A stretch of DNA of 64,000 nucleotides from Pseudomonadota bacterium. Lineage in GTDB: Bacteria; Pseudomonadota; Alphaproteobacteria; Rhizobiales; MH13. Position 1 is the stretch's first letter. Every line of letters begins with the position of its first letter. Below are positions 32,269 through 40,420 of the stretch, one piece after another. The notes under the pieces were generated by a model. The model made no database searches. It worked only from the letters and a program-made list of their open reading frames with translations, and was not told the origin of the DNA. Both the position numbers and the translations under genes were made by a program. The stretch is taken from NCBI GenBank assembly GCA_039814945.1, contig JBCCAF010000004.1, forward strand, positions 258,380-322,379. Reading direction: 5' to 3'.

Positions 32269-32955
32269 TCAAGTCGCCAGTTTCAGCGCTTGTGTCTGGT
32301 TGCAAGTTGCCAGCACACGGTCGAACCAGTCTTGCAGCACCTCATCGCCGTCCATCGTGTCATAAGGCGAGGTTGCTTTGGCCCAGCAGAAGGATGCCGC
32401 CAACGCAATATCGGCAAAAAGCAGGCGCTCGCCGCCCAGGAATGGTGCGTCAGCTAGTCGCCGCTGATAGGGTTTGAGGAAGGTGGCGAACTTCTGGCGC
32501 TCTTTGTCGCGCCCACGCTGCACATCCTCCAACGACATGCCAAAGCGCTTTTCGCGGCTTTGCCGGAAATAGTCGGCGTCTTGCGGTGCCAGCTGATTAT
32601 GGATGTCGAGAATGATCATGCGGCTGATGGTTGGATAGAGCCCAGTCACAATCAAATTGTCGATGAGCGCTGCGTTTTCCACGCCACCATCACCACCAAA
32701 CACGCCTGGTGTGTCCGCGTATGTGGTTTCCAGATAGCGGCAAATCTCAAAGCTCTCGGTGACGGTTGTCTCGCCATCAACCAGCACCGGGACAGTTTTG
32801 TGGATGCCCTCAAGCGCTTTTGGTATCTGCGTGAAGGAGGTGGGTCTGCTTTCGAAATCCAACCCCTTGTAACCGAGCGTTAGGCGGGCGCGCCAAGAAT
32901 AGGCCGAGAACAGCCGATCAGGTTCGGCCCCGCAAAGTTCATAGAGTGATCGCAT
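32269..32955 (-). CDS. Glutathione S-transferase family protein (LigE-like N-terminus)
   Basis: LYELCG...FSAYSWRARLTLGYKGL, TVPVLVDG, ESFEICRYLETTY, FLGGERLLFADI. Confidence 0.85.
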   Translation of the reverse strand: MRSLYELCGAEPDRLFSAYSWRARLTLGYKGLDFESRPTSFTQIPKALEGIHKTVPVLVDGETTVTESFEICRYLETTYADTPGVFGGDGGVENAALIDNLIVTGLYPTISRMIILDIHNQLAPQDADYFRQSREKRFGMSLEDVQRGRDKERQKFATFLKPYQRRLADAPFLGGERLLFADIALAASFCWAKATSPYDTMDGDEVLQDWFDRVLATCNQTQALKLAT

Positions 32956-33032
32956 CGCCCCAGCTCCTCTTTTGTGCATGTGTTGTCGATATGCCGCTAG
33001 ACCATGCGGCGGCACAATGCTAGCTCGGCGCT

Positions 33033-34931
33033 ATGCTAGAAATTTCCAATCTCACCTATCGGCTGGGCGACCGGCTTTTGTTCGATGGCGCGTCAGCGAC
33101 CATCCAGCGCGGCGCAAAGGTCGGCTTTGTTGGTCGCAACGGGTCGGGCAAGACAACGCTGTTTAAGCTGATCCGCGGCGAAATCGCGCCAGAGAGCGGC
33201 GAAATTCGCTTGCCGTCGCGCATGCGCCTTGGTGGTGTGGACCAGGAAGTGCCTGCCGGACCGCAGGCGCTGCTGGAGATCGTGCTTGCTGCTGATACCG
33301 AGCGTGCCTCGCTTTTGGCCGAGGCTGAAACCGCGAGCGACCCGACGCGCATCAGCGACATCCAGCTTCGGTTGGCCGATATCGATGCGCATTCGGCAGA
33401 ATCACGTGCTGCGCGTATTCTCCAAGGCTTGGGCTTTGACCATGTGGCGCAGCAACGTCCAGCCTCGGATTTCTCCGGCGGTTGGCGCATGCGCGTGGCA
33501 CTGGCGGCGGTGCTCTTTTCGGCGCCAGACCTTTTGTTGCTCGATGAGCCGACCAACTATCTGGATCTTGAAGGCGCGCTTTGGCTGGAGAGCTATCTGG
33601 CCAAATACCCCTACACGTTGATGGTGATTTCCCATGACCGCGACTTGCTCAACAGTGCTGTGAACCAAACGCTGCACTTGGATCAGCGTCGGTTGCAACT
33701 GTATGGCGGCGCTTTCGATACGTTCGATAAGCAGCGGCGCATTCAGCTTGCCGTTGAAGAGAAGGCACAGGCCAAGCAGGCCGCGCGTCGCGCGCACATG
33801 CAATCGTTTGTGGACCGGTTTAAAGCCAAGGCCTCCAAAGCCAAGCAGGCGCAAAGCCGCGTGAAAATGCTGGAAAAGATGGAGCCAATGGCGCTGCGCC
33901 AAGATGAGCGCGTGGCTCCGTTTCATTTCCAAGGGCCGGAAAAACCCAAAGCACCGCCGCTCATCAATGGGCGTGATTTGGCGGTTGGATATGAAGACGA
34001 CAAAGCCATTCTCTCACGCATGACGTTCCGCATCGATCCGGATGATCGCATCGCGCTGCTCGGGCAAAACGGCAACGGTAAGTCGACCTTCGCCAAGATG
34101 ATTGCTGGACGTCTCACCCGGCAAGCCGGTGACCTGACGTTTCCGGGCAAGATGAAGGTGGCGTTTTTTACGCAACACCAGCTTGATGATCTCAACCCCA
34201 AAGAGTCGCCCGTCGATACCGTGCGCAAACGCATGCCGGAAGCTGGCGAAGCCAAAGTGCGCGGCAAAGCTGCCCAAATGGGTTTCGATCGGCTGCGCAT
34301 GGATACGCCTGCTGGTCAGCTTTCCGGTGGCGAACGCGCCAGGCTTCTGCTGGGTTTGATCACGTTTGATGGCTCAGACATTCTGATCCTCGATGAGCCA
34401 ACCAACCACCTTGATATGGAAAGCCGCGAGGCGCTGGTTGAAGCTCTATCGCAGTATGATGGTGCGGTGATCATCATCTCGCATGACCGTCACCTGATAG
34501 AGGCCACAGCTGACCGGCTGTGGGTGGTCGGCGATGGCACTGTGAAGCCATACGAGGATGATCTTTCGGCCTATCGCACAGCTATTCTGCGCGGCGTTGA
34601 TGGCGGCAAGCAGAAAGCGGGCAAAACGTCCGGCAAGGTGAAGAAAGCTGCTCCCAAGGCAGAACCAGCGACGGCGAAACCCGCTCGATCAGGCAATGTA
34701 TCACTGCTCAAAAAGCAGGTGGCGGAGGCCGATAGTCGCTTGAAAACGATCCGCGCTGAGTTGGCCAAGATCGATAAGGATCTGGCCAACCCGAAGCTTT
34801 ATGCAATGAACCCGCAAAAAGGCGCCAAACTCTCCGCCCGACGTGCCAAAGGCGCCGAAGCGCTCGACAGTTGGGAAGCACGCTGGTTGGATCTCAATGC
34901 GGCTTTGGAAGAAGCTGGTGAGAGCGTTTAG
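33033..34931 (+). CDS. ABC-F family ribosome-associated ATPase
   Basis: Two ABC domains (GRNGSGKTT / FSGGWRMR / LLDEPTNYLD; GQNGNGKST / LSGGERAR / ILDEPTNHLD), helical linker, C-terminal coiled coil, no TM. Confidence 0.95.
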   Translation: MLEISNLTYRLGDRLLFDGASATIQRGAKVGFVGRNGSGKTTLFKLIRGEIAPESGEIRLPSRMRLGGVDQEVPAGPQALLEIVLAADTERASLLAEAETASDPTRISDIQLRLADIDAHSAESRAARILQGLGFDHVAQQRPASDFSGGWRMRVALAAVLFSAPDLLLLDEPTNYLDLEGALWLESYLAKYPYTLMVISHDRDLLNSAVNQTLHLDQRRLQLYGGAFDTFDKQRRIQLAVEEKAQAKQAARRAHMQSFVDRFKAKASKAKQAQSRVKMLEKMEPMALRQDERVAPFHFQGPEKPKAPPLINGRDLAVGYEDDKAILSRMTFRIDPDDRIALLGQNGNGKSTFAKMIAGRLTRQAGDLTFPGKMKVAFFTQHQLDDLNPKESPVDTVRKRMPEAGEAKVRGKAAQMGFDRLRMDTPAGQLSGGERARLLLGLITFDGSDILILDEPTNHLDMESREALVEALSQYDGAVIIISHDRHLIEATADRLWVVGDGTVKPYEDDLSAYRTAILRGVDGGKQKAGKTSGKVKKAAPKAEPATAKPARSGNVSLLKKQVAEADSRLKTIRAELAKIDKDLANPKLYAMNPQKGAKLSARRAKGAEALDSWEARWLDLNAALEEAGESV

Positions 34932-35134
34932 CTCTTTTCCGGCGGAACGATCAAAAAGGCTTACTTGGCTCTGTTCCTTCGGAACAACCAAGGGCTTTCT
35001 TGGCTCTGTTCCTACGGAACGACCAAAGGCTTACTTGGCTCCGTTCCTTCAGAACAACCAAAGGTTTACTTGGCTCTGTTCCTTCGGAACAACCAAAGGT
35101 TTACTTGGCTCTGTTCCTTCGGAACAACCGCTAG
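34930..35134. repeat. Tandem array of 35-bp imperfect hairpin units (about 5.7 copies), no unique spacers
   Basis: Units start at 34967, 35002, 35037, 35072 and 35107 (partial); consensus GGCTCTGTTCCTTCGGAACAACCAAAGG(C/T)TTACTT; degenerate 37-nt copy at 34930-34966. Confidence 0.97.
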
Positions 35135-35713
35135 TTACCGAAAACCGATAAACTCCACATAGTCTTGCAGCACAGTTTCCCACCACACCAAATCATCGCG
35201 GAACGTTTCCAACGCAACACCGTGGCGGGTGTTTATGGCGATCTGGATCACTGCATCGCCATCATCACGGATATAGGCTTTGCCAAAACGGCGCGTGGAA
35301 TTCCACTCGTTCATCAAGGCGACCGTTAGGCCTTCCATCTCAAAGGATGCGGTGAAAGAGAGATCGGCGCAATCTGGCTCGCAATTGTAAACATCGACAG
35401 CGAAGTTGATGCCATCAAGCGTCGCAGCGATGTATTGCTCGCCATTGCCATCGCGATCCAGCCGCGCCGTGCCAACCTCAGCAATCAGCGGGCAAATCTC
35501 AGAGATGTTGGCAAAGACCAGCCCGGATGGCGCCGATCCGCTGCATGACGTTGCCGGGGCCGCGGTTGGGGCTTTTTGCGCAACAGGCGCCGCCTCGGAT
35601 GGCTTTTCGTCGGATATCGGCGCCGCAGCGCCAACGCTTGCCGGCAAGAGACACGCACACGCTATCCCTGTTGCTGCGATTGCCTGCTGAAACGTGCGCA
35701 ATGGTTTTGCCAT
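35135..35713 (-). CDS. YbjN-domain protein with N-terminal signal peptide
   Basis: Signal-like N-terminus; DGINFAVDVYNC...CADLSFTASF...MNEWNSTRRFGKAYIRDDGDAV. Confidence 0.8.
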   Translation of the reverse strand: MAKPLRTFQQAIAATGIACACLLPASVGAAAPISDEKPSEAAPVAQKAPTAAPATSCSGSAPSGLVFANISEICPLIAEVGTARLDRDGNGEQYIAATLDGINFAVDVYNCEPDCADLSFTASFEMEGLTVALMNEWNSTRRFGKAYIRDDGDAVIQIAINTRHGVALETFRDDLVWWETVLQDYVEFIGFR

Positions 35714-35819
35714 GGATACTCTCCCTATGCCGACCCTTGGAGGGCCTCTTACCCCATGGCTAAAACGAGCATGCCAAAGGCCTGCTCGTCAAACGTGTTT
35801 CTGGCAAAAGTGTGGGAAC

Positions 35820-36281
35820 TTACTGATCAGCGCGTTGCCATGCACCGGTATCTGACTGGCGCCAATAGGAAAGGGCATGACTCGCATCACGCAATGTCTT
35901 CCAAACGCCGCGGGCATCCTGAACGGCTGATGGGTTGCCGCCATCAAACATCATGATGGCGCGTTCGTAATCGCTCAGAGTGTGTTGTTCATCGGGCAAA
36001 GCGCCCTCAACAAAAAACCGAACCGCCGCGCCGTTGGGGTTGGCCGATGTTGCCGACAACCAGATGGGTTGCCGCTCTGGATCGCCAGCGCCTTCACCTG
36101 CATGCGGCAGAAAACTGGCCTCGCTAAACGTCCACAGATGTTCGTCTAAGTCTTTGATACGGCTGGGTTCACCAACCTCCACAACCACCCGCCAATTGCG
36201 CTCAAGGCATTTGGCAAGCAGTTGCGGCAAGGCGGTTTCCAAGCTGATGGTCTGCAAGTGATAGAACGCAACATCAGCCAT
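35820..36281 (-). CDS. holC: DNA polymerase III chi subunit
   Basis: VAFYHL, LLAKCL..NWRVVV, LDEHLWTF..ASFLPH, QPIWL, YWRQSDTGAW. Confidence 0.92.
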   Translation of the reverse strand: MADVAFYHLQTISLETALPQLLAKCLERNWRVVVEVGEPSRIKDLDEHLWTFSEASFLPHAGEGAGDPERQPIWLSATSANPNGAAVRFFVEGALPDEQHTLSDYERAIMMFDGGNPSAVQDARGVWKTLRDASHALSYWRQSDTGAWQRADQ

Positions 36282-36292
36282 TGCTTAGAAGC

Positions 36293-37807
36293 CTAGCTTT
36301 CTTCATGTACGGCGCGGATGTAGTCGTTGAGCAATCGCACGCCAAAACCAGACCCGAACGACTGATTGATCGCCGATTTGGGTGCTGACATCGCCGTGCC
36401 GGCAACATCAAGGTGCGCCCATGGTGTGTCGCCAACAAAGCGCTTCAAAAACTGCGCTGCGGTGATGGAGCCAGCAAACCGGCCGCCAGTATTTTTCATA
36501 TCGGCAAAACTGGAATTGATCATCTTGTCATAGGCTGGGCCGATTGGCAGACGCCAGACTTTTTCGCCTGTGCGCTGGCCTGCCTTATGCAGGTCTGTCG
36601 CCAAATCGTCATCGTTTGAGAAAAGACCAGCATACTCTTTGCCCAGCGCCACCAAAATGGCGCCAGTGAGCGTTGCCAGGTCGATTATGACTTTGGGCTC
36701 GTAGGTTGTCCGCGTGTAGTGCAGTGCATCGGCAAGCACCAAACGGCCCTCAGCATCGGTGTTGATGATCTCGATGGTCTTGCCAGCCATTGATGTCACG
36801 ATATCACCCGGACGCTGGGCGTTACCGTCTGGCATGTTTTCGACAAGGCCGATCACACCGACTGCATTGACCTTGGCTTTACGGGCCGCAAGCGCATGCA
36901 TGAGCCCGACAACGCAGGCTGCGCCGCCCATATCGCCCTTCATATCTTCCATGCCGCCAGATGGCTTAATGGAAATGCCGCCAGTGTCAAAAACAACACC
37001 CTTGCCGACAATGGCCACGGGCTTGTCGTTGGTGCCGCCCTTCCATTCCATGATGGCCATGCGCGCGGGCTTTGCCGAGCCTTGGGCCACGCCGAGCAAC
37101 GCGCCCATGCCGAGCTCTTCCATGGCCGCATCGTCAAGAACGGTTACCTCAACACCCAGCTCATCGAGGGCCTGGGCGACGCCAGCAAACTCTTCTGGTC
37201 CAAGAACGTTTGGCGGTTCGTTGACAAGGTCGCGAGCCAAGAGCGTGCCTGATGCTATGGCATCAGCCTCATGGAACGCAGCTTCAAGCGCTTCTTTGTC
37301 GGTGGTCAGAACCGTGACTGCCAGAGCCTGTGGCGGCGTTTCTTCTTCGCTGTTTTCCTCGCCATTCTCCGGACGGCTCTTGTAGCGATCGAAGCGGTAA
37401 GCACCCAGTTTCAGTCCAGCCAGAATGGTGGCGGCTTCATCCGCTGCCATATCGTCGACGACAATGGTTGCCTCCGTGGCTTTGGACAGTGCCGACGCCA
37501 CCTTGCCACCAAGCATGAGATGGGGTTCAGGGTCTTTGGCCTTATCGGGGTTGGCGCCAACAAGGATCGTTTTATCCGATGGTGCCCCAGGCAAAGCGTA
37601 CAGACTGACCGTTTCACCCCAGCCAGCCTTAAAGCCTGCCGCTTTGGCGCCAGCCGTCAGCGCTCCATCTCCCGCCTCATCGAGCTTGGCAGCAGAGCCG
37701 GAAAAAGACTCAGCGCTCATTGCAAAAAGAACCAGAGGACCTTTTGGCAGGTCATTGAGATTGGCGTCGGTCGCATGTGCAACAAAAGTGAAGGAAAGCT
37801 GGGACAT
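36293..37807 (-). CDS. pepA: Leucyl aminopeptidase (M17)
   Basis: [42 protein letters not shown]. Confidence 0.95.
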   Translation of the reverse strand: MSQLSFTFVAHATDANLNDLPKGPLVLFAMSAESFSGSAAKLDEAGDGALTAGAKAAGFKAGWGETVSLYALPGAPSDKTILVGANPDKAKDPEPHLMLGGKVASALSKATEATIVVDDMAADEAATILAGLKLGAYRFDRYKSRPENGEENSEEETPPQALAVTVLTTDKEALEAAFHEADAIASGTLLARDLVNEPPNVLGPEEFAGVAQALDELGVEVTVLDDAAMEELGMGALLGVAQGSAKPARMAIMEWKGGTNDKPVAIVGKGVVFDTGGISIKPSGGMEDMKGDMGGAACVVGLMHALAARKAKVNAVGVIGLVENMPDGNAQRPGDIVTSMAGKTIEIINTDAEGRLVLADALHYTRTTYEPKVIIDLATLTGAILVALGKEYAGLFSNDDDLATDLHKAGQRTGEKVWRLPIGPAYDKMINSSFADMKNTGGRFAGSITAAQFLKRFVGDTPWAHLDVAGTAMSAPKSAINQSFGSGFGVRLLNDYIRAVHEES

Positions 37808-38144
37808 TGAATCCTCATGGCGGGTAAAGCGTTTGGTGCCCGGTTGGACACGCTGTGTTGCATCCTGAGGTGGCCCATGATGCACGTTTTGGCAAGCGTT
37901 GCCCAAAAGGTTTGCCGTATTTGCCCATTCAAGCCAATGAGGTGGCTGGGCATCGCGGACGATCTTGTTTACAAAGACTTAACCCACTTTCTTGGTCGAA
38001 CTTTAGCCATTGTGAGTGGCAATGAAGGTTGGGGATTTTTTAGGCCACCGCGTTCAACGGTTCAGTGGCCGGGCGCGCAGCGGCAGACTGAATGATAGGT
38101 TTGCGCATTTGGGCTGTGGCGTAGGGAGTGATCAACGTTTGAAG

Positions 38145-39317
38145 GTGTTTCGCGTCAGCTTGTTTGACCGCTACCTGTTTCGCCAGGTGGTGCTGACCTT
38201 CGTCGGCATGCTCATCGCCATAACGGCGGTGATTGTTTGTGTGGTTGCTCTGCAAGAATTGGACGTTGTCACCAACCAAGGGGCGGCGCTGGCGACTTTT
38301 GCGCTGCTGACGATTCTCAACTTGCCGCAAATGCTCAGCGTGGTCGCTCCGATAGCGCTGTTCTTGTCGTTGTTGATGACGCTCAACCGGCTAAGTGCCG
38401 AAAGCGAAATCGTCGTGGTGAACGCCTCTGGCGGCAGTTCGGCAAGTTTGCTGCGCCCGGTGATGGCTGGCGCTTTGGTGGTCAGCCTGATGGTGGCTGT
38501 TCTTGGCCATTTGATCGCCCCACCAGCGCAAAAAGCCTGGCGTTTCATGATCAGCGATGTGCGTGCCGATCTGTTGGCAACGGTCGTGCGCGAGGGCGCG
38601 TTTTCCTCGCTCCAGGAGGGTTTGACGTTTCATATGCGGGCACGCGAACCTGGTGGCGTTCTTGCTGACATCATGATCGCCGACACGCGGGATTATCCCC
38701 AAGAGGTCATTTATTTTGCCCAGCGCGGCACGATTGTGCGTGGCGAAGAAGGTGCTTTTTTGTCGGTCGAAGACGGGGTTATCCAAAATCGATCCCAGTC
38801 TGAGTCAGGTCGCGTCAACACCGCGTATCTTTATTTCGACAACTATTCGATTGACCTAAGCTTTGCTGATCGCTCGACCAACCCAGGCTATTTCAAACCG
38901 TCTGAACAATCGACCGCTTATCTGCTCAACCCAGACCCCGACGACCCAATTCTGCTCAATCAGCGCGGACGGTTTGTCACTGAATTGCACAACCGAATGG
39001 CGTTGCCGATCTACCCGCTTGCCTTTGCGATGGTGGTTGCGCTTGCCCTTGGCACCCCGCATTCAGGGCGTGCGGGACGTGCCAAACGCGTGCTGGCCGC
39101 CATCGGCGGCGGTGCGGCTCTGCTCGGCTCTCAATTTGGTGCATCGGGGCTCATCTCAGCAGCGCCTTTCACCTGGCCTGTGCTCTATCTCATCCCTATA
39201 GCAGTCCTGATTGTTGGATGGCTATCGATCTCGCAACGCGTTGATCTGAAACAGCTTGTTCTGGCCAAACTTCCACATAGGAGGAAGGGCACCACCCTTC
39301 CTCACGCGGCGGAGTAG
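38145..39317 (+). CDS. lptF: LPS export ABC transporter permease LptF
   Basis: LFDRYLFRQ, LNRLSAESEIVV..ASG, ELHNRMALP. Confidence 0.9.
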   Translation: MFRVSLFDRYLFRQVVLTFVGMLIAITAVIVCVVALQELDVVTNQGAALATFALLTILNLPQMLSVVAPIALFLSLLMTLNRLSAESEIVVVNASGGSSASLLRPVMAGALVVSLMVAVLGHLIAPPAQKAWRFMISDVRADLLATVVREGAFSSLQEGLTFHMRAREPGGVLADIMIADTRDYPQEVIYFAQRGTIVRGEEGAFLSVEDGVIQNRSQSESGRVNTAYLYFDNYSIDLSFADRSTNPGYFKPSEQSTAYLLNPDPDDPILLNQRGRFVTELHNRMALPIYPLAFAMVVALALGTPHSGRAGRAKRVLAAIGGGAALLGSQFGASGLISAAPFTWPVLYLIPIAVLIVGWLSISQRVDLKQLVLAKLPHRRKGTTLPHAAE

Positions 39318-39320
39318 GCT

Positions 39321-40409
39321 ATGCGTTTGTCTGCGTCCCTCAACCGCTATCTCGCCCTGGCCTTTGTCAGGCATGTGGGCTTTGTCTTCCTCGGTGCATT
39401 CGCGTTGATGTTCATGGTTGATATCATGGAGTTGTCGCGTCGCGGTGGCGATTTGGATGTGCCCATCGCCGCCATTGTCGCCATCTCGGCGATGCGCTTG
39501 CCAGCGCTTGCTGAACAACTGGTGCCCTTTGCGGTGTTGATTGGTGCGTTGATGACTCTGGTTGCGCTTTCACGGCGCTCTGAACTCATTATCGCACGCG
39601 CGTCGGGCTTGTCGGCTTGGCAGTTTTTGGTGCCATTGATCATCGTCGCTGCAATGGTCGGAGTTGCTGCGTCGCTGCTTTACAATCCGCTTTCGGCCAC
39701 CATGAAAGTGCACTCTGACGCCATTTTGACCGAACGGTTTGCAGGCAGCACAACCAACGTCGATCCTGATCGTGAAATTTGGTTCCGGCAGTCGACAGGT
39801 AATATCATGACGTTGGTGCGTGCCGCTTCTGCAACAGATGGCGGTCAAACACTGAACCAAGTCAGCGCTATGTTGTTTGATGAAAATGGTGACTTCAACC
39901 AGCGGGTCGATGCCCAGCGCGCAGTGCTGCAAGATGGCGCCTGGCACATGGAAAATGTGAGCATGACCAACACGCTGGGAGAATCACGCGCCGTTGATGT
40001 TTTCACGCTTGCCACACCGCTAACGGCCGATGATGTCCTAGGACGGTTCACACCAGCCACTTCTGTGCCAATTTGGAGCCTTCCCAGCCTTGCAAATAAG
40101 GCACAACAGGCTGGCATCGCTTCTGATCGCTATAGATTCCAATTTCAGGCCTTGCTCGCACGGCCCATGCTGCTTATGGCCATGGTGTTGGTGGCTGCAA
40201 CAGTGTCTTTGCGGTTCTCTCGGCATGGGGGAACGACAAAGCTGGTTGTGGCTGGATTGAGTGCTGGATTTATCGTGTTTGTGATCAACGAAATTGCAGG
40301 CGACCTGGGCGGGGCGGGATTGGTCAATCCGATCCTGGCTGCATGGGTGCCCCCGATCGCAGCAGGCCTGTTCGGTATCACCGCCCTGCTTCACCTGGAG
40401 GACGGGTAA
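39321..40409 (+). CDS. lptG: LPS export ABC transporter permease LptG
   Basis: LNRYLA, LSRRSELIIARASGLS, LAAWVP; follows lptF. Confidence 0.9.
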   Translation: MRLSASLNRYLALAFVRHVGFVFLGAFALMFMVDIMELSRRGGDLDVPIAAIVAISAMRLPALAEQLVPFAVLIGALMTLVALSRRSELIIARASGLSAWQFLVPLIIVAAMVGVAASLLYNPLSATMKVHSDAILTERFAGSTTNVDPDREIWFRQSTGNIMTLVRAASATDGGQTLNQVSAMLFDENGDFNQRVDAQRAVLQDGAWHMENVSMTNTLGESRAVDVFTLATPLTADDVLGRFTPATSVPIWSLPSLANKAQQAGIASDRYRFQFQALLARPMLLMAMVLVAATVSLRFSRHGGTTKLVVAGLSAGFIVFVINEIAGDLGGAGLVNPILAAWVPPIAAGLFGITALLHLEDG

Positions 40410-40420
40410 GTTTGGCCGGT

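Noticed and set aside
34930-35134. CRISPR array interpretation of the 35-bp repeats
   Set aside because: The units are contiguous, the 12-nt linkers are near-identical rather than unique spacers, there is no AT-rich leader, and no cas genes are in the window.
34843-35162. ORFs 34843-35151 and 34965-35162 running through the repeats
   Set aside because: The 35-nt period cycles through reading frames and gives scrambled repeated peptides; one overlaps the ABC-F gene and both overlap the YbjN 3' end; no SD is evident.
34930-35713. Complete type III toxin-antitoxin operon
   Set aside because: The array lies downstream of both flanking genes, and neither resembles a ToxN/AbiQ-like RNase. Only the orphan-array idea is kept as a hypothesis.
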